Part shown: positions 6,856 through 17,173 of the stretch, one piece after another
Layout of the letters: each line of letters opens with the position of its first letter
How positions within the stretch are numbered: the first letter of the stretch is position 1
IMG/VR virus record: IMGVR_UViG_3300034103_001120
Location: 1-37,837 of that record
DNA: 37,837 nt
Strand: one strand, 5' to 3'
Source: a virus
Lineage: Duplodnaviria > Caudoviricetes
Translations under genes and position numbers: made by a program
The notes under the pieces: model-generated
What the model was told of the DNA's origin: nothing
Databases searched by the model: none
Seen by the model: only the letters and a program-made list of their open reading frames with translations

Positions 6856-7256
6856 CACGCACCACGACCGCCATCGCCAGCGCATACGACCGCACCCGCA
6901 CTCAGGTGTGCGAGTTGGCGCGTGGCGAGATTCGGGAGTTGTCGGCTAACTTCAATGGCGTGCTGGACAAGACCGAAACGATCGCATCAGTCACTTGGCG
7001 CATCACTCAGCCATGGGGCGCCATCCTGACTTCCCCCTCAATCAGCGAAGACGGTAAGCAGACGAGCTGTACGCTACAGGCCGGTATCGGTCGGGCGCAC
7101 GTCAAGGCGCTGGTAACGACCACTACAGGGCGCCAGTTCCCCCAACTGTTCAGGATCGACGTGGAACAGTCCCCGTGGTTCCAAGGCGAGACAGCGACCG
7201 TTGGCGGGGCGTATGAGTTGACCGTGGTGGCTGAAGAAGAGGAGCCGGGGCCGTGA
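6852..7256 (+). CDS. Beta-rich virion accessory/adaptor-like protein
   Basis: NF...L...ETIASVTW...VTTT.GR pattern of small Ig-like phage proteins. Confidence 0.55.
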   Translation: MTRTTTAIASAYDRTRTQVCELARGEIRELSANFNGVLDKTETIASVTWRITQPWGAILTSPSISEDGKQTSCTLQAGIGRAHVKALVTTTTGRQFPQLFRIDVEQSPWFQGETATVGGAYELTVVAEEEEPGP

Positions 7257-7705
7257 GCAATGCCACCGGCAGACCGACAACCTATACGGACGCATTGGGA
7301 GATAGCATCTGTGAGCGCCTTATGGACGGCGAAAGCCTAAAGTCCATTTGCGCGGCCGACGACATGCCGCATCGTTCCACAGTGTTTCGATGGATAGTTG
7401 CAAATGAAACCTTTCGCGACATGTACGCGCGCGCCCGCGAAGAGCAGGCCGAAACGATGGCCGACGAGATCGTTTCCATTGCTGATGAGGGAGAGACGAA
7501 GGTCATTGTCGGTGGCGACGGGGCATCAATGGTTGTGTTCGACTCCACAGCAGTGGCACGAAACCGCCTGAGGGTTGACGCCCGCAAGTGGGTAGCGGCC
7601 AAGCTCAAGCCCCGCAAGTACGGGGATAAACTACAGACGGAAATCTCAGGCCCGGATGGCGGCCCTGTTGAAACGGTTACGAAGATCGTCCTAGAGGCCG
7701 GATGA
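7253..7705 (+). CDS. terS: Terminase small subunit (Sf6/P22-like)
   Basis: GRPT.YT...ICERL..GESL..IC....MP...TVFRW and RLRVDARKW.AAKL.PRKYG. Confidence 0.92.
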   Translation: MSNATGRPTTYTDALGDSICERLMDGESLKSICAADDMPHRSTVFRWIVANETFRDMYARAREEQAETMADEIVSIADEGETKVIVGGDGASMVVFDSTAVARNRLRVDARKWVAAKLKPRKYGDKLQTEISGPDGGPVETVTKIVLEAG

Positions 7706-9012
7706 TGGCTGAGGCGCGAATTAAGCTGCCGCCGAAGCTGATCCCCGTCTTTACAGGCGAGGCGATGTACCGCGGGGCACACGGCGGGCGTGGCAGCGCC
7801 AAGACGCGCAGTTTCGCCAAGATGACAGCGGTGCGCGCTTACATGTGGTCGAAAGAAGGGCGATCCGGTGTGATCGTCTGCGCTCGCGAGTACATGAACA
7901 GCCTCGCTGATTCGTCGATGGCTGAGGTCAAGGCCGCCATTGAGTCGGAGCCGTGGCTGGCTGCGCACTTCGACATTGGCGAGACGTATATCCGGACCAA
8001 AGACAAGCGTATTGAGTACGTATTCTGCGGCCTGAGGCATAGTCTGGACAGCATCAAGTCCAAGGCCCTGATCCTTCTGTTGTGGGTAGATGAGGCCGAA
8101 ACCGTGACAGATTCGGCATGGTCCAAGGCAGACAATACCGTTCGCGAGGTTGGCTCTGAGGTTTGGATCACTTGGAACCCTGAGCTTGAAAATAGCGCAA
8201 CCGATTTGAGATTCCGGAAGAACCCGCCAGCAAATTCAAAGATTGTCGAGTTGAACCATCGAGATAACCCGTGGTTCCACCTGACGACTCTACCTGAGAA
8301 AATGAAGGCTGATATTGAGGCCCGCCCTGATCAGGTTGACCATATATGGGAGGGCGGATACAAGACCGTCAATATCGGCGCCTATTACGCGCCACAACTG
8401 AACGCGGCAAAGTCTCAGGGGCGCATTACGTGGCTGGCTCAAGACCCGCTAATGCGACTTAGGGCCTATTGGGATATTGGCGGAACGGGCGCAAAGGCGG
8501 ATGCCTGCTCAATTTGGATTTCTCAGTTCATCGGGGAAGAAATCCGTGTTCTTGATTACTATGAAGCCGTGGGCCAGCCGTTGGCGACCCATGTGGAGTG
8601 GCTGCGCCGCAGCGGGTACGAAAAAGCAATCTGTCGGCTCCCCCACGATGGCGCGCAACATGACAAGGTTCACAAGGTCACCTATGAAAGCGCACTGAGA
8701 GAGGCCGGGTTTGAGGTCGGCGTCATCCCGAACATGGGCGCTGGCGCTGCGAACATGCGAATCGAGACGGCCCGTCGCGTATTTCCGTCTGTCCGGTTCG
8801 ATGAGGAAAAGACTGCCGCAGGCCGAAAGGCGCTTGGCTGGTACCATGAGAAGCGTGACGAGCGCCGGAATATCGGATTAGGCCCTAACCACGACTGGTC
8901 AAGCCACGCCGCTGACGCGTTTGGATTGATGTGTGTCGATTATGCTAGTATTGACCGCAAGCCTGCGCGACGGACCCCGATTGTCCACTTTGCCTCCGAG
9001 TTCAGCCATTGA
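7702..9012 (+). CDS. terL: Terminase large subunit (PBSX family)
   Basis: Walker A GGRGSAKT, Walker B LLWVDEAE, TWNPE; nuclease motifs WDIG and HAADA. Confidence 0.95.
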   Translation: MMAEARIKLPPKLIPVFTGEAMYRGAHGGRGSAKTRSFAKMTAVRAYMWSKEGRSGVIVCAREYMNSLADSSMAEVKAAIESEPWLAAHFDIGETYIRTKDKRIEYVFCGLRHSLDSIKSKALILLLWVDEAETVTDSAWSKADNTVREVGSEVWITWNPELENSATDLRFRKNPPANSKIVELNHRDNPWFHLTTLPEKMKADIEARPDQVDHIWEGGYKTVNIGAYYAPQLNAAKSQGRITWLAQDPLMRLRAYWDIGGTGAKADACSIWISQFIGEEIRVLDYYEAVGQPLATHVEWLRRSGYEKAICRLPHDGAQHDKVHKVTYESALREAGFEVGVIPNMGAGAANMRIETARRVFPSVRFDEEKTAAGRKALGWYHEKRDERRNIGLGPNHDWSSHAADAFGLMCVDYASIDRKPARRTPIVHFASEFSH

Positions 9013-11009
9013 GCCCTGACCAGAAAACCGATTCTGTGGACTATGCCGCTGAGCGAGCCGGCGTAGACAAGGCTGAACTGCACAAGGAAATGCTGACCCG
9101 GTTCAAAGAGTGCCGGGATTACTGGCGCCCGCAGTACGACGAAGCGAAGGCGGACGTTAAGTTCGCGTTTGTCCCGGATTCGCAGTGGGACGAATGGATG
9201 TCGGAAACCCGGAAGGGGCGGCCGTGCTACACGGTCAACAAAGTCCGACAGGCGATGAAACAGATTACCAACGACCAGCGCCAGAACAGGCCGCAGGCGA
9301 AGGTGAGGGCTGTTGAAGGGGCTGACCAAAAGCTGGCCGAAGTCCGTCAGGGGATCATCCGAGGAATCGACAGTCAGCTTGACGCGCAACGTGCCGTTGA
9401 CACTGCATTCCAGTTCGCCGTGGGTGGGGGTTATGGGGTGTGGCGGATCACGACCAGCTATCAAGACGACGGCGGGTTTGATCAGGTCATTCAGAGAGAG
9501 GAAATCCCGAACCCGTATTCGGTCTTTTTTGACCACGCGGCCAAGAAGAAAGACCGCAGGGACGCGCGCTATGCATTCGTTGAGGCATCGTTCGCCCGCT
9601 CGGCGTTCCGTGCGCGCTGGCCCGATGCAAAGCTTGTTTCCGTAGACGACACGACAGACGCAACCCGCGAATGGTTCGGCGAGTCGGATGTCATCGTCGC
9701 GGAGTACTATTACAAGAAGGTCGAACGGAAGGAAATCGTATTGATGTCTGACGGCGCGGTGTACGACGCCGAAGACATTGCCCCCGTGATTGACGACATG
9801 GCTGCGGCGGGCGTGACTGAACAGCGCCGTCGCTGGACGGATCGCGATTGCGTGTATCACTGCATTGTGTCTGGCGCGGAGATTATCGAAGGCCCTAAGA
9901 AAGTCCCGGGGCGATTCATCCCGCTTGTCCCTGTGTGGGGAGAATTGATCCGGATCGATGACAAAGACGTGTTCTTTGGTGCGGTGCGTTTCGCCAAGGA
10001 TGCACAGCGCATGTATAACTACGAGCGCAGCACCTTCATCGAGGTCATCGCTGATCAGCCTTACAGCCCGTTCATGGCCGAGGCAAGCAGTGTTGAGGGG
10101 TATGAGTCGCAATACCAAAACATGCGCGTCAAACGGCCGCCTGTGCTGTTCTACAACGCCAATCCGCAAAGCCCGAACGGCGGCAGGCCAACCCGAGAGG
10201 CTCCGCCGGACTTTCCTGTTGCGCTGGCGAACGCGGCGCAGATCAGCAGCGACGATATCAAGTCTGCCACAGGCATCTATGACGCCAGCCTAGGCGCCAA
10301 GTCAAACGAGACTAGCGGCCGGGCGATCATTGCGCGCCAGCGTGAAGGCGACGTTGCGAACTTTGACTATATCGATAACCTGTCCTATGCCCTTCGGTAC
10401 GACTTCGAGATTACAAGCGACCTGATCACGGAGATTTACGATACCGCCCGACAGGTCCGGATTATCGGGGAGGACGGCAAAGAGGATGTGGCCGAGGTCA
10501 ATAAGCAGATGATCGACCAGCAGACGGGCCAGCCTGTCACGCTGAACGACCTCTCCCAAGGCCGTTATGACGTGTCCGTGACCGTGGGCCCGAGTTACAC
10601 GACGCAGCGAATGGAGGCCGCAGAGGCGCTTCAGCAGCTTGCTAACGATCCGTCTCCTTTGGGGATGGTCGCGAAGTACGGTTTCATCATGAATCTGGAT
10701 TCCGTGGGGCTGGAAGAGGTCAAGAAGGCCGCCCGGATGATCCTTGTGGGGCAGGGCCTTTTGGAACGCGGGGAAGACGACCCGCCGCCCGGCCCGCCGC
10801 CTCCGCCCGATCCGAAGGTTATGGCCGACGCGAAGAAGGCGGACGCGCAGGCCACACTCTACGCCGAACAGGCGCAGGGGCAGGACTTGCAGAATCAAGA
10901 GACCGCAATTCGTCTCGGAATCGAAATGGGGCAGGCTGGCATGGCCCCGCAACCGCCGCAAGGCACCGCACCGGGCGGATTCCCGGGCGCCCCAACGGGG
11001 CTCGCTTAA
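9009..11009 (+). CDS. Portal protein (P22 gp1-like)
   Basis: QW...R..RPC.TVN, GRFIPLVPVWGE, KDAQRMYNY, SNETSGRAI.ARQ, G.YDV.V.VGPSY.TQR. Confidence 0.95.
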   Translation: MSPDQKTDSVDYAAERAGVDKAELHKEMLTRFKECRDYWRPQYDEAKADVKFAFVPDSQWDEWMSETRKGRPCYTVNKVRQAMKQITNDQRQNRPQAKVRAVEGADQKLAEVRQGIIRGIDSQLDAQRAVDTAFQFAVGGGYGVWRITTSYQDDGGFDQVIQREEIPNPYSVFFDHAAKKKDRRDARYAFVEASFARSAFRARWPDAKLVSVDDTTDATREWFGESDVIVAEYYYKKVERKEIVLMSDGAVYDAEDIAPVIDDMAAAGVTEQRRRWTDRDCVYHCIVSGAEIIEGPKKVPGRFIPLVPVWGELIRIDDKDVFFGAVRFAKDAQRMYNYERSTFIEVIADQPYSPFMAEASSVEGYESQYQNMRVKRPPVLFYNANPQSPNGGRPTREAPPDFPVALANAAQISSDDIKSATGIYDASLGAKSNETSGRAIIARQREGDVANFDYIDNLSYALRYDFEITSDLITEIYDTARQVRIIGEDGKEDVAEVNKQMIDQQTGQPVTLNDLSQGRYDVSVTVGPSYTTQRMEAAEALQQLANDPSPLGMVAKYGFIMNLDSVGLEEVKKAARMILVGQGLLERGEDDPPPGPPPPPDPKVMADAKKADAQATLYAEQAQGQDLQNQETAIRLGIEMGQAGMAPQPPQGTAPGGFPGAPTGLA

Positions 11010-11018
11010 GGCGCATAT

Positions 11019-11894
11019 ATGACTGATGAACTGGAAAACACTGGCCCGATCGACAACAGTCATTTGATGGCTAGGCCGGAACAGAAAGAACCTCCGAAAG
11101 TGGAGGCGCAAGCCGCAACCGTCGATGACGGCAAAGACTCCGTGGGATCGGCACCACCGGAAAACGAAGATGCGAAGCCGGCCGGCAAAAAGCCGGGCGT
11201 GCATAACCGCATTGGGGAACTGACGAAGGAAAAGCACGAGGCGAGACGCGAGGCGGAAGCCTTGCAGCGTGAGCGCGATTACTGGCGGGAACAGGCCATG
11301 AGGAGTGGCAAGACCGAACAGGAAGCGCCCACGAAAGCGGAAGAACCGACAGGTGAGCCGACGCGAGAACAATTCGACTTTGACGACGCCCAATATATGC
11401 GCGCTTGGTACAAGTGGCAGCGTGGGCAGGAGCAGGCCGAAGAGTCTAGGCGTAAGCAAGAGGAAGAGGCGCAGAAACGCCATAGAACGTTCCAAGAGAA
11501 GGAGCAGGCCTTTGCGGCTGCGCATCCGGACTATGAGGACGTTGCAAAGGCGGAGCATGTGCCGATCACAAAGGAAATGGCGGAGGCCATCATCGAATCC
11601 GATGAAGCTCCGGCGATCGCCTATTACCTCGGCCAACACCTTGAAGAAGCTGCCGCAATCGCTCAGATGTCGCCCCTCGCTGCCGCCCGAGCAATCGGTC
11701 GGATCGAAGCGAAGCTGAGCGCAAAACCGACCGTGCAACCCGCCATCCCCGCCAAAACCGTGACCAAGGCGCCCGAGCCGATCACGACCCTTTCCGGTTC
11801 GCCCGCCGTGCCCGTGTCATACGAAGAAATGAGTATGGCCGAATACGACGCGGCGAGACGTAAGGAGCGAGCGGCGAAGGGGCTACCCCCCTAA
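11019..11894 (+). CDS. Scaffolding protein
   Basis: Charged coiled coil, HPDY, IAYYLG, IGRIEAKL; between portal and coat. Confidence 0.88.
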   Translation: MTDELENTGPIDNSHLMARPEQKEPPKVEAQAATVDDGKDSVGSAPPENEDAKPAGKKPGVHNRIGELTKEKHEARREAEALQRERDYWREQAMRSGKTEQEAPTKAEEPTGEPTREQFDFDDAQYMRAWYKWQRGQEQAEESRRKQEEEAQKRHRTFQEKEQAFAAAHPDYEDVAKAEHVPITKEMAEAIIESDEAPAIAYYLGQHLEEAAAIAQMSPLAAARAIGRIEAKLSAKPTVQPAIPAKTVTKAPEPITTLSGSPAVPVSYEEMSMAEYDAARRKERAAKGLPP

Positions 11895-11912
11895 TCCATA
11901 GGAGTTACCATC

Positions 11913-13112
11913 GTGGCAAATAGTTTTCTGACTACCAGTCTCATCACGCGGGAGATTTTGAGCGTTCTTCGCCAGAAACTCACGTTCATCAAGAAAATCA
12001 ACATGGAGTACAAGGACGAGTTCGCCGTCACTGGTGCAAAGATCGGCGACACCGTCAACATCCGCGTTCCGACCCGTGGCGAGGTCCGTGAGGGCCGAAT
12101 CATGAACGCCAGCGCGCTAAACGACCGTACTACGCCGCTCACGATCACTGATCAGACTGGTGTTGACCTCGTTTGGAACAGTTCGGACATGGCGCTGAAG
12201 ATTGACGATTTCCGCGCTCGCTATCTGGACCAGCGGATTGCGGACATGGCGTCTCGTATTGAGTCCCGCGTCATTTCTCGGGCCTTGCCATACGCATCGG
12301 GCTTTGTCTCGAATTCTGACGGCAAGCTGGCAATCGGTGATGGCCTGCTGGCGAACAAGGCGCTGACCGATAGCCTCGCCCCTGAAAAGCGCTACATGAT
12401 GACCAACACCAGTGGCACGGTGCAGGCTGTCCAGAGTGCGCAAGCGCTGTTCAATGCACAAAATCAGATCAAGAACCAGTATGAAGAGGGCATTATGGCG
12501 CGGGCCATGGGCTTCGATTGGTTCGAGTCCACCAACATGCCGACACAGGCTGCCGGCACTGCGGCGTTTGGCACTGCGGCGGGCTATCTGGTTAACGGCG
12601 TCGGACTCAGCGGTTCGAGCATCGCGATCGACACCGGCACCGGCACTATCAAGGCGGGGCAGCACGTGACCTTCCCGAACGTGTTCTCGGTAAACGGCGC
12701 GACTAAAGAATCGACGGGCTTCTTGCAGACATTTGTTGTGACCGCCGACTACGCGGGTGGTGCAGGCAACCTGCAAATTTTGCCGGCCATCACTCTGACC
12801 GGTCCGGAACAGAACGTTACAGCCCTTCCGACCAACAACGACGCCATGACCATCTTGGGCGCGGCAAACCAGAGCGGCGTCAATCTCGGCTTTACGCGAG
12901 ACTTCCTGACGTTCGCGACCGTCGATCTTCCGCTTCCGGAAAACAAGGACGCGAGTCGCATGGTGTTCGACGGCCTGTCCCTGCGCATGATCCGCGACTA
13001 CGACACGATCAACGACCAGTTTCTGAATCGTATTGACGTGCTGTGGGGCTCTGCGGTCCTGCGTCCTGAGTTCGGCGTTGTCGTGCCGAACAACATCACC
13101 GACTTCAGCTAA
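11913..13112 (+). CDS. Major capsid protein (P22 coat family)
   Basis: MANSFLT...ITRE.L, KIGDTV.IR.P, R.DVLWG...LRPE. Confidence 0.93.
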   Translation: MANSFLTTSLITREILSVLRQKLTFIKKINMEYKDEFAVTGAKIGDTVNIRVPTRGEVREGRIMNASALNDRTTPLTITDQTGVDLVWNSSDMALKIDDFRARYLDQRIADMASRIESRVISRALPYASGFVSNSDGKLAIGDGLLANKALTDSLAPEKRYMMTNTSGTVQAVQSAQALFNAQNQIKNQYEEGIMARAMGFDWFESTNMPTQAAGTAAFGTAAGYLVNGVGLSGSSIAIDTGTGTIKAGQHVTFPNVFSVNGATKESTGFLQTFVVTADYAGGAGNLQILPAITLTGPEQNVTALPTNNDAMTILGAANQSGVNLGFTRDFLTFATVDLPLPENKDASRMVFDGLSLRMIRDYDTINDQFLNRIDVLWGSAVLRPEFGVVVPNNITDFS

Positions 13113-13123
13113 GGAGCAAAGTC

Positions 13124-13330
13124 ATGGCACTTTCCAGCGAGACAAGCGCGGCTGCCGCGCAAGAAACGGCGGACGGCACTCTCATCGGTCGCAATGCAGA
13201 CTCGAAGGTTGGGTTTTTCGGGGCTACGCCCGTCGTCAAAAATGCGACCGCTTTTGACCTGTCGTCCGGCACTGTTGCCGAACTTGCCGCGATTCTTGCG
13301 GCTTACGGCCTGATTACGACTCAGGCATAA
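13124..13330 (+). CDS. Small virion protein (possible capsid decoration)
   Basis: AAGGAG SD; KVGFFGATPV and L.AYGLI motifs; follows the coat gene. Confidence 0.7.
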   Translation: MALSSETSAAAAQETADGTLIGRNADSKVGFFGATPVVKNATAFDLSSGTVAELAAILAAYGLITTQA

Positions 13331-13339
13331 GGAGGATCG

Positions 13340-13552
13340 ATGGCCACTAACAAACCAATGTGGCTTGAAAAAGATGGCAAAGTGGAATTCCACGCGGATT
13401 CCGCCGCAGCATTGGCTAGCGGATGGGCCGAGCCGAAAGGCGTCAGAGGTAACGGCGCGGAATGGAATCCGGCGTCTGTCGATGGCGAACTGAGTCAAGC
13501 CGAGGCATTGGCGAAGTCTCAGGAAACCAAGCTAAAGAAGAAAGCGAAGTAA
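13340..13552 (+). CDS. Small hypothetical protein after the coat gene
   Basis: AAGGAGG SD; ..GW.. motif and basic tail. Confidence 0.7.
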   Translation: MATNKPMWLEKDGKVEFHADSAAALASGWAEPKGVRGNGAEWNPASVDGELSQAEALAKSQETKLKKKAK

Positions 13553-13556
13553 TCCC

Positions 13557-13587
13557 GAGGGGCCGTAGACTCGGCCCCTCCCTTATT
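13557..13587 (+). terminator. Hairpin / likely intrinsic terminator after the capsid genes
   Basis: GAGGGGCCG-TAGACT-CGGCCCCTC followed by CCTTATT (weak U tract). Confidence 0.55.
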
Positions 13588-13597
13588 CGGAGGTCTC

Positions 13598-13990
13598 ATG
13601 GCTAAAGTAGAAGAAACGGTTGCGGCAGCGCTTCGTTTGCTGCGCGTGATTGATGCCCGCCAGCCGGTCAAGCCGGCCGACATGAGCACCGCAATCAAGG
13701 CACTGAACGGGATGATGACGCGATGGGAAGCTAACACCCTGTCGCTTGGCTGGTCTAACGTGAGCAACCCGTCAGACGATATGCCTGTCCCTGATGAGGC
13801 GATTGAGCCCATTGAGTTTAATCTGGCGCTTCGCCTACGACCTCAGTACGGCACCACGCTCGACCCGGATACCATCGAATTCGCACGCAAGGGGCTGGCC
13901 GATCTTCAACGTGACCAGAAGCGCGCGACCCCCTTGGAGCGCGCCAGAGGCTTCAGCGACTACAACATCGAAACGGATAGCTATATCTAA
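13598..13990 (+). CDS. Head-tail adaptor (P22 gp4-like)
   Basis: ALR.L.V, ALN.MM..WE, NLALRL.P.YG. Confidence 0.88.
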   Translation: MAKVEETVAAALRLLRVIDARQPVKPADMSTAIKALNGMMTRWEANTLSLGWSNVSNPSDDMPVPDEAIEPIEFNLALRLRPQYGTTLDPDTIEFARKGLADLQRDQKRATPLERARGFSDYNIETDSYI

Positions 13991-16470
13991 TGCAGCCTCA
14001 GCCGCTTCCGTTGGTAGGTGGATCGTACGCAGACGAATCTCGCCCGTGGTCAATGCAGGATACGGTCAATTATTTGCCGTGTCGTGCTGAGCGGGCAGGT
14101 ACGCGCTCGCCGGAGATGCTCAAGACCCCACCGGGATTGCGTCCGTACGTGGAAATTGCGTCCGACACCTACATCACCGTGCGTGGCGTCCACAACTGCG
14201 AGGGCCGACAGTTCGCGGTGATCGGTAAAACGCTGTACCAGATCAGCAAAACGAAGGTCGCGATCCCGATCGGCACAGTTCCGGGGTTTGGTCGGGTCAC
14301 GATGGACCACAACCAAATCAGCCTAGGGAATGAGCTTACAGTTTCCAATGGCTCGGCCGGCTACGTCTACAACACCGTGACGGGTAACTTTGGCCGCATC
14401 ACCGATCCCGGCTACCCCGGATCGTCAGTGACGAAGTTTCTTGACGGCTTCATGATCGGCATCGAACCGCAAGGCCGGTTCGCGTTCAATTCCGGCGTCG
14501 CTGCGGCCACTGACTTCAGCACCCTTGACCGATTTACGTCGGAAGTAACGCCAGACAGACTGGTGTCCGCCGCGGTCACGGGCAATGAATTGATGCTGTT
14601 GTCGGTCAATTCGTGTGAGTTTTTCCAGAATACTGGCGCGAGTCAGCAGCCGTTCCGTTCCAAACGCATCGCGTTCGACAAGGGTTGTGCAGGTGCTTAT
14701 GCAGTGGCGGAAGCGGACAATAGCGTTTTCTGGCTTGGCTCGGATGGTTATTTTTACCGGCTGAGCGGATACAGCGCGATCCGAATTTCGACGCGCCCGA
14801 TCGAGCAGGCAATACGCGGCTTGAAATGGTATCAGGCGTACGCTTTTGTATGGGAAGAGGCCGGGCATACCGTCATCTATTGGACCTTCCCTGACGGCCG
14901 CACGTGGGGCTATGACGTGGCCCATGAGGAATGGCACCGCCGCGAGTCGTACGGGCTGGACCGCTGGCGCGTCAGCTGCACCGCACGCTATACCGATGGG
15001 TGGATCGCAGGGGACTTCCAGAGAGGCCGCCTGTGGTCGCTTGATTGGGATTACATCCTAGAGGGCGATGAGCCGTTCGTGAGCAGCCGGACGATTGCGG
15101 TGTCGCACGCCAATCAAAACAGGTTTGTCACGAACCGGCTTGAGTTGGTAATGGACACCGGCCAACCGGAGACGATCCCTGTGCCGTTCCCTGAGCAGCC
15201 GGAGGCGCCGACTATCTCGGGCGACCCGCCGGACGGATCGACGACCATCGAATATAGTTTCACATTCACCGCCACCGGAGGATTGGAGCCCTATAAGTTC
15301 ACCGTAAAATCCGGAACGCTTCCGGCCGGGCTTACCCTTTCGACTGCGGGCGTCCTTTCCGGAACGCCGACGACTGCGGGTAACTACTCGTTCACGGTTC
15401 GCGTTACGGACGCAAATGGCCTATGGGACGAAACAACCTCCGTTGTGGCTATCGCCGCCTATACAGCGCTCCCTGTTCTCGTTTCCGCGCGTGGCTGGTA
15501 TAGCGGGGCGCCGGCTGATCTTGATGCGGAGGCGGGAAGCCTGAACTACACCGGCTCAGTGGGGCGCGTTGTAGTGGCACCCAACGGCAAATATGCAATC
15601 CATTACATTGCGTCGCAAAACCCAACATCTAACACGGACGCACTGCAATTCCTCAAGCATGACCCGGAAACAAAGCTGTGGTCGAAACTCAGCGCCCCGG
15701 TGTATGTGCCTAACGGCGTGATGAACTATGTGGCGTGGCATCCAGCGAGTAGCGTTCTTGCGGTGACGTGCGAGGGAACGCCGCCCCATGGGGGGGATTC
15801 CCTGATTATCTACCTTCGCGATGGGGATACGTTCACCAAGTCCGGAACAATTTCGACAGTGTTGGATGCGTCGCCTTTCACTTCGGCGTTCAGCGAGTCC
15901 GGGACGCGCTTGGCGGTCATGCAATCCACTACTGCCGCGCGAGTCGTGATCTACGACTTTGATGCGGTGACCGGTAACCTCACGAACCAAAGAAAGGGCG
16001 TTAGCGGACTCGATGCCTTGTCGTTCTCTACGTTGGATTGGCTGCCGGATTCCGACTATATCGCGGGCGGCAGTTCGTCCGGAACTTCTGTTTTCCGCGA
16101 TGTTGGCTCGTCGGTTACAAACACGGTCCGCATCTCGAAAAGCGGCGACCTTGGCGTATTCTGGACTCCGGACGGTCAGCTGGTCGCGATCGGCAATGAC
16201 TCCCCGGCGATTGCCCTATACACGTTCGTCAAGTCGCCCGGCACGTTGACCCTTGAGGACGATGAGGCGGCCCCGTCCGGCTCCACGGTGACAGGCGCGT
16301 CCATTTCCGAGGGCCGGAGTACACTTGCGGTTGCCTGTAATGGTGGCTCTGCAGTGAACGCCCCGAGGCTTTATAATCTGGACGTGGTTGACGTGATCAC
16401 TTACTCAGGTGATGGGCCGACAACGGCACTCGCGCCTGTCACTCTCTCCTATTCGTGGGTGCTCCCATGA
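13990..16470 (+). CDS. Tail hub (P22 gp10-like) N-terminal part fused to an Ig-like domain and a predicted beta-propeller
   Basis: gp10 motifs ([31 protein letters not shown]....WH.R, ELVMDTG), then ATGG..PY.F....[27 protein letters not shown], then repeats such as VAWHP, FSESG, WLPDS, WTPDG. Confidence 0.9.
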   Translation: MQPQPLPLVGGSYADESRPWSMQDTVNYLPCRAERAGTRSPEMLKTPPGLRPYVEIASDTYITVRGVHNCEGRQFAVIGKTLYQISKTKVAIPIGTVPGFGRVTMDHNQISLGNELTVSNGSAGYVYNTVTGNFGRITDPGYPGSSVTKFLDGFMIGIEPQGRFAFNSGVAAATDFSTLDRFTSEVTPDRLVSAAVTGNELMLLSVNSCEFFQNTGASQQPFRSKRIAFDKGCAGAYAVAEADNSVFWLGSDGYFYRLSGYSAIRISTRPIEQAIRGLKWYQAYAFVWEEAGHTVIYWTFPDGRTWGYDVAHEEWHRRESYGLDRWRVSCTARYTDGWIAGDFQRGRLWSLDWDYILEGDEPFVSSRTIAVSHANQNRFVTNRLELVMDTGQPETIPVPFPEQPEAPTISGDPPDGSTTIEYSFTFTATGGLEPYKFTVKSGTLPAGLTLSTAGVLSGTPTTAGNYSFTVRVTDANGLWDETTSVVAIAAYTALPVLVSARGWYSGAPADLDAEAGSLNYTGSVGRVVVAPNGKYAIHYIASQNPTSNTDALQFLKHDPETKLWSKLSAPVYVPNGVMNYVAWHPASSVLAVTCEGTPPHGGDSLIIYLRDGDTFTKSGTISTVLDASPFTSAFSESGTRLAVMQSTTAARVVIYDFDAVTGNLTNQRKGVSGLDALSFSTLDWLPDSDYIAGGSSSGTSVFRDVGSSVTNTVRISKSGDLGVFWTPDGQLVAIGNDSPAIALYTFVKSPGTLTLEDDEAAPSGSTVTGASISEGRSTLAVACNGGSAVNAPRLYNLDVVDVITYSGDGPTTALAPVTLSYSWVLP

Positions 16471-16688
16471 CAGATCGTGAAATCAGGATGCAATACGCCG
16501 ACGACGGGCAGCCCAACTTCAGCAATTGGGACGCAGAGAGTATCGGCGAGGTTGGGCAGTATGGCGAGCGGGTCGCTTGGACGCGGCTCGGTAGCGCTCG
16601 GCAGCGCGTCTATCGCTTTGAGTGTTCCAGCCCCCGAAAACGTGATCTTTTGACTTTGGTCGCAGTATTTGAAGGAACCGAAGGATGA
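16467..16688 (+). CDS. Detached C-terminal segment of the gp10-like tail hub
   Basis: MQYADDG..NFSN....[20 protein letters not shown] matches the conserved gp10-family C-terminus; ATGA coupled. Confidence 0.82.
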   Translation: MTDREIRMQYADDGQPNFSNWDAESIGEVGQYGERVAWTRLGSARQRVYRFECSSPRKRDLLTLVAVFEGTEG

Positions 16689-17173
16689 GCTACGAAACCC
16701 CCGTGGTTTTTTTCGACACCGCTAAACCAGCATTGCTTGCTTTGCCTTTGCCGAGCCGTGAGGCGATTCAGGCGTTCCAGCGCGAGATTGCCAAATATGC
16801 CGAGGAGATGCCGGAAGCCGAGCATTTTTTCGCCAAGGGGCAGTATGGCCGAGAGTTTCGGGTTAAGGCGGGTAAGTTCTTGACCGGGAAAATTCATAGA
16901 CATGAACATCTGGTAATGCTCGCAAGTGGGGAGGTCACGATTAACACGGACAAGGGAATGGAGCGGATCACGGGTCCGAAAATGTGGGTTTCTCCGGCCG
17001 GTGCAAAGCGCGTGCTTTACACGCATACAGACTGTGTTTTTTGGACTGCCCACCTAAACCTAACCAACACTCGCGACCTTGCGGAAATTGAGGCCGAGCA
17101 TATCGAGCCCGAGCCGTCACCCTTCGAGGGATTGCCGGAACTTTCAAACGACATTCAGAGGCTATACGCATGA
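16685..17173 (+). CDS. Cupin-like protein in the tail/ejection cluster
   Basis: HFFA.G.Y.RE....AG..LTGKIH...H, SG.V, S.AG.KR. Confidence 0.7.
   Translation: MSYETPVVFFDTAKPALLALPLPSREAIQAFQREIAKYAEEMPEAEHFFAKGQYGREFRVKAGKFLTGKIHRHEHLVMLASGEVTINTDKGMERITGPKMWVSPAGAKRVLYTHTDCVFWTAHLNLTNTRDLAEIEAEHIEPEPSPFEGLPELSNDIQRLYA

Noticed and set aside
8940-11738. Long minus-strand ORFs (409 and 478 aa) opposite portal and scaffold
   Set aside because: Antisense shadows typical of GC-rich coding DNA
15160-16470. Intein or intron explaining the gp10 interruption
   Set aside because: No Cys/Ser...His-Asn intein ends, no endonuclease motifs and no intron-like structure; the insert reads as Ig plus propeller and ends in a stop codon
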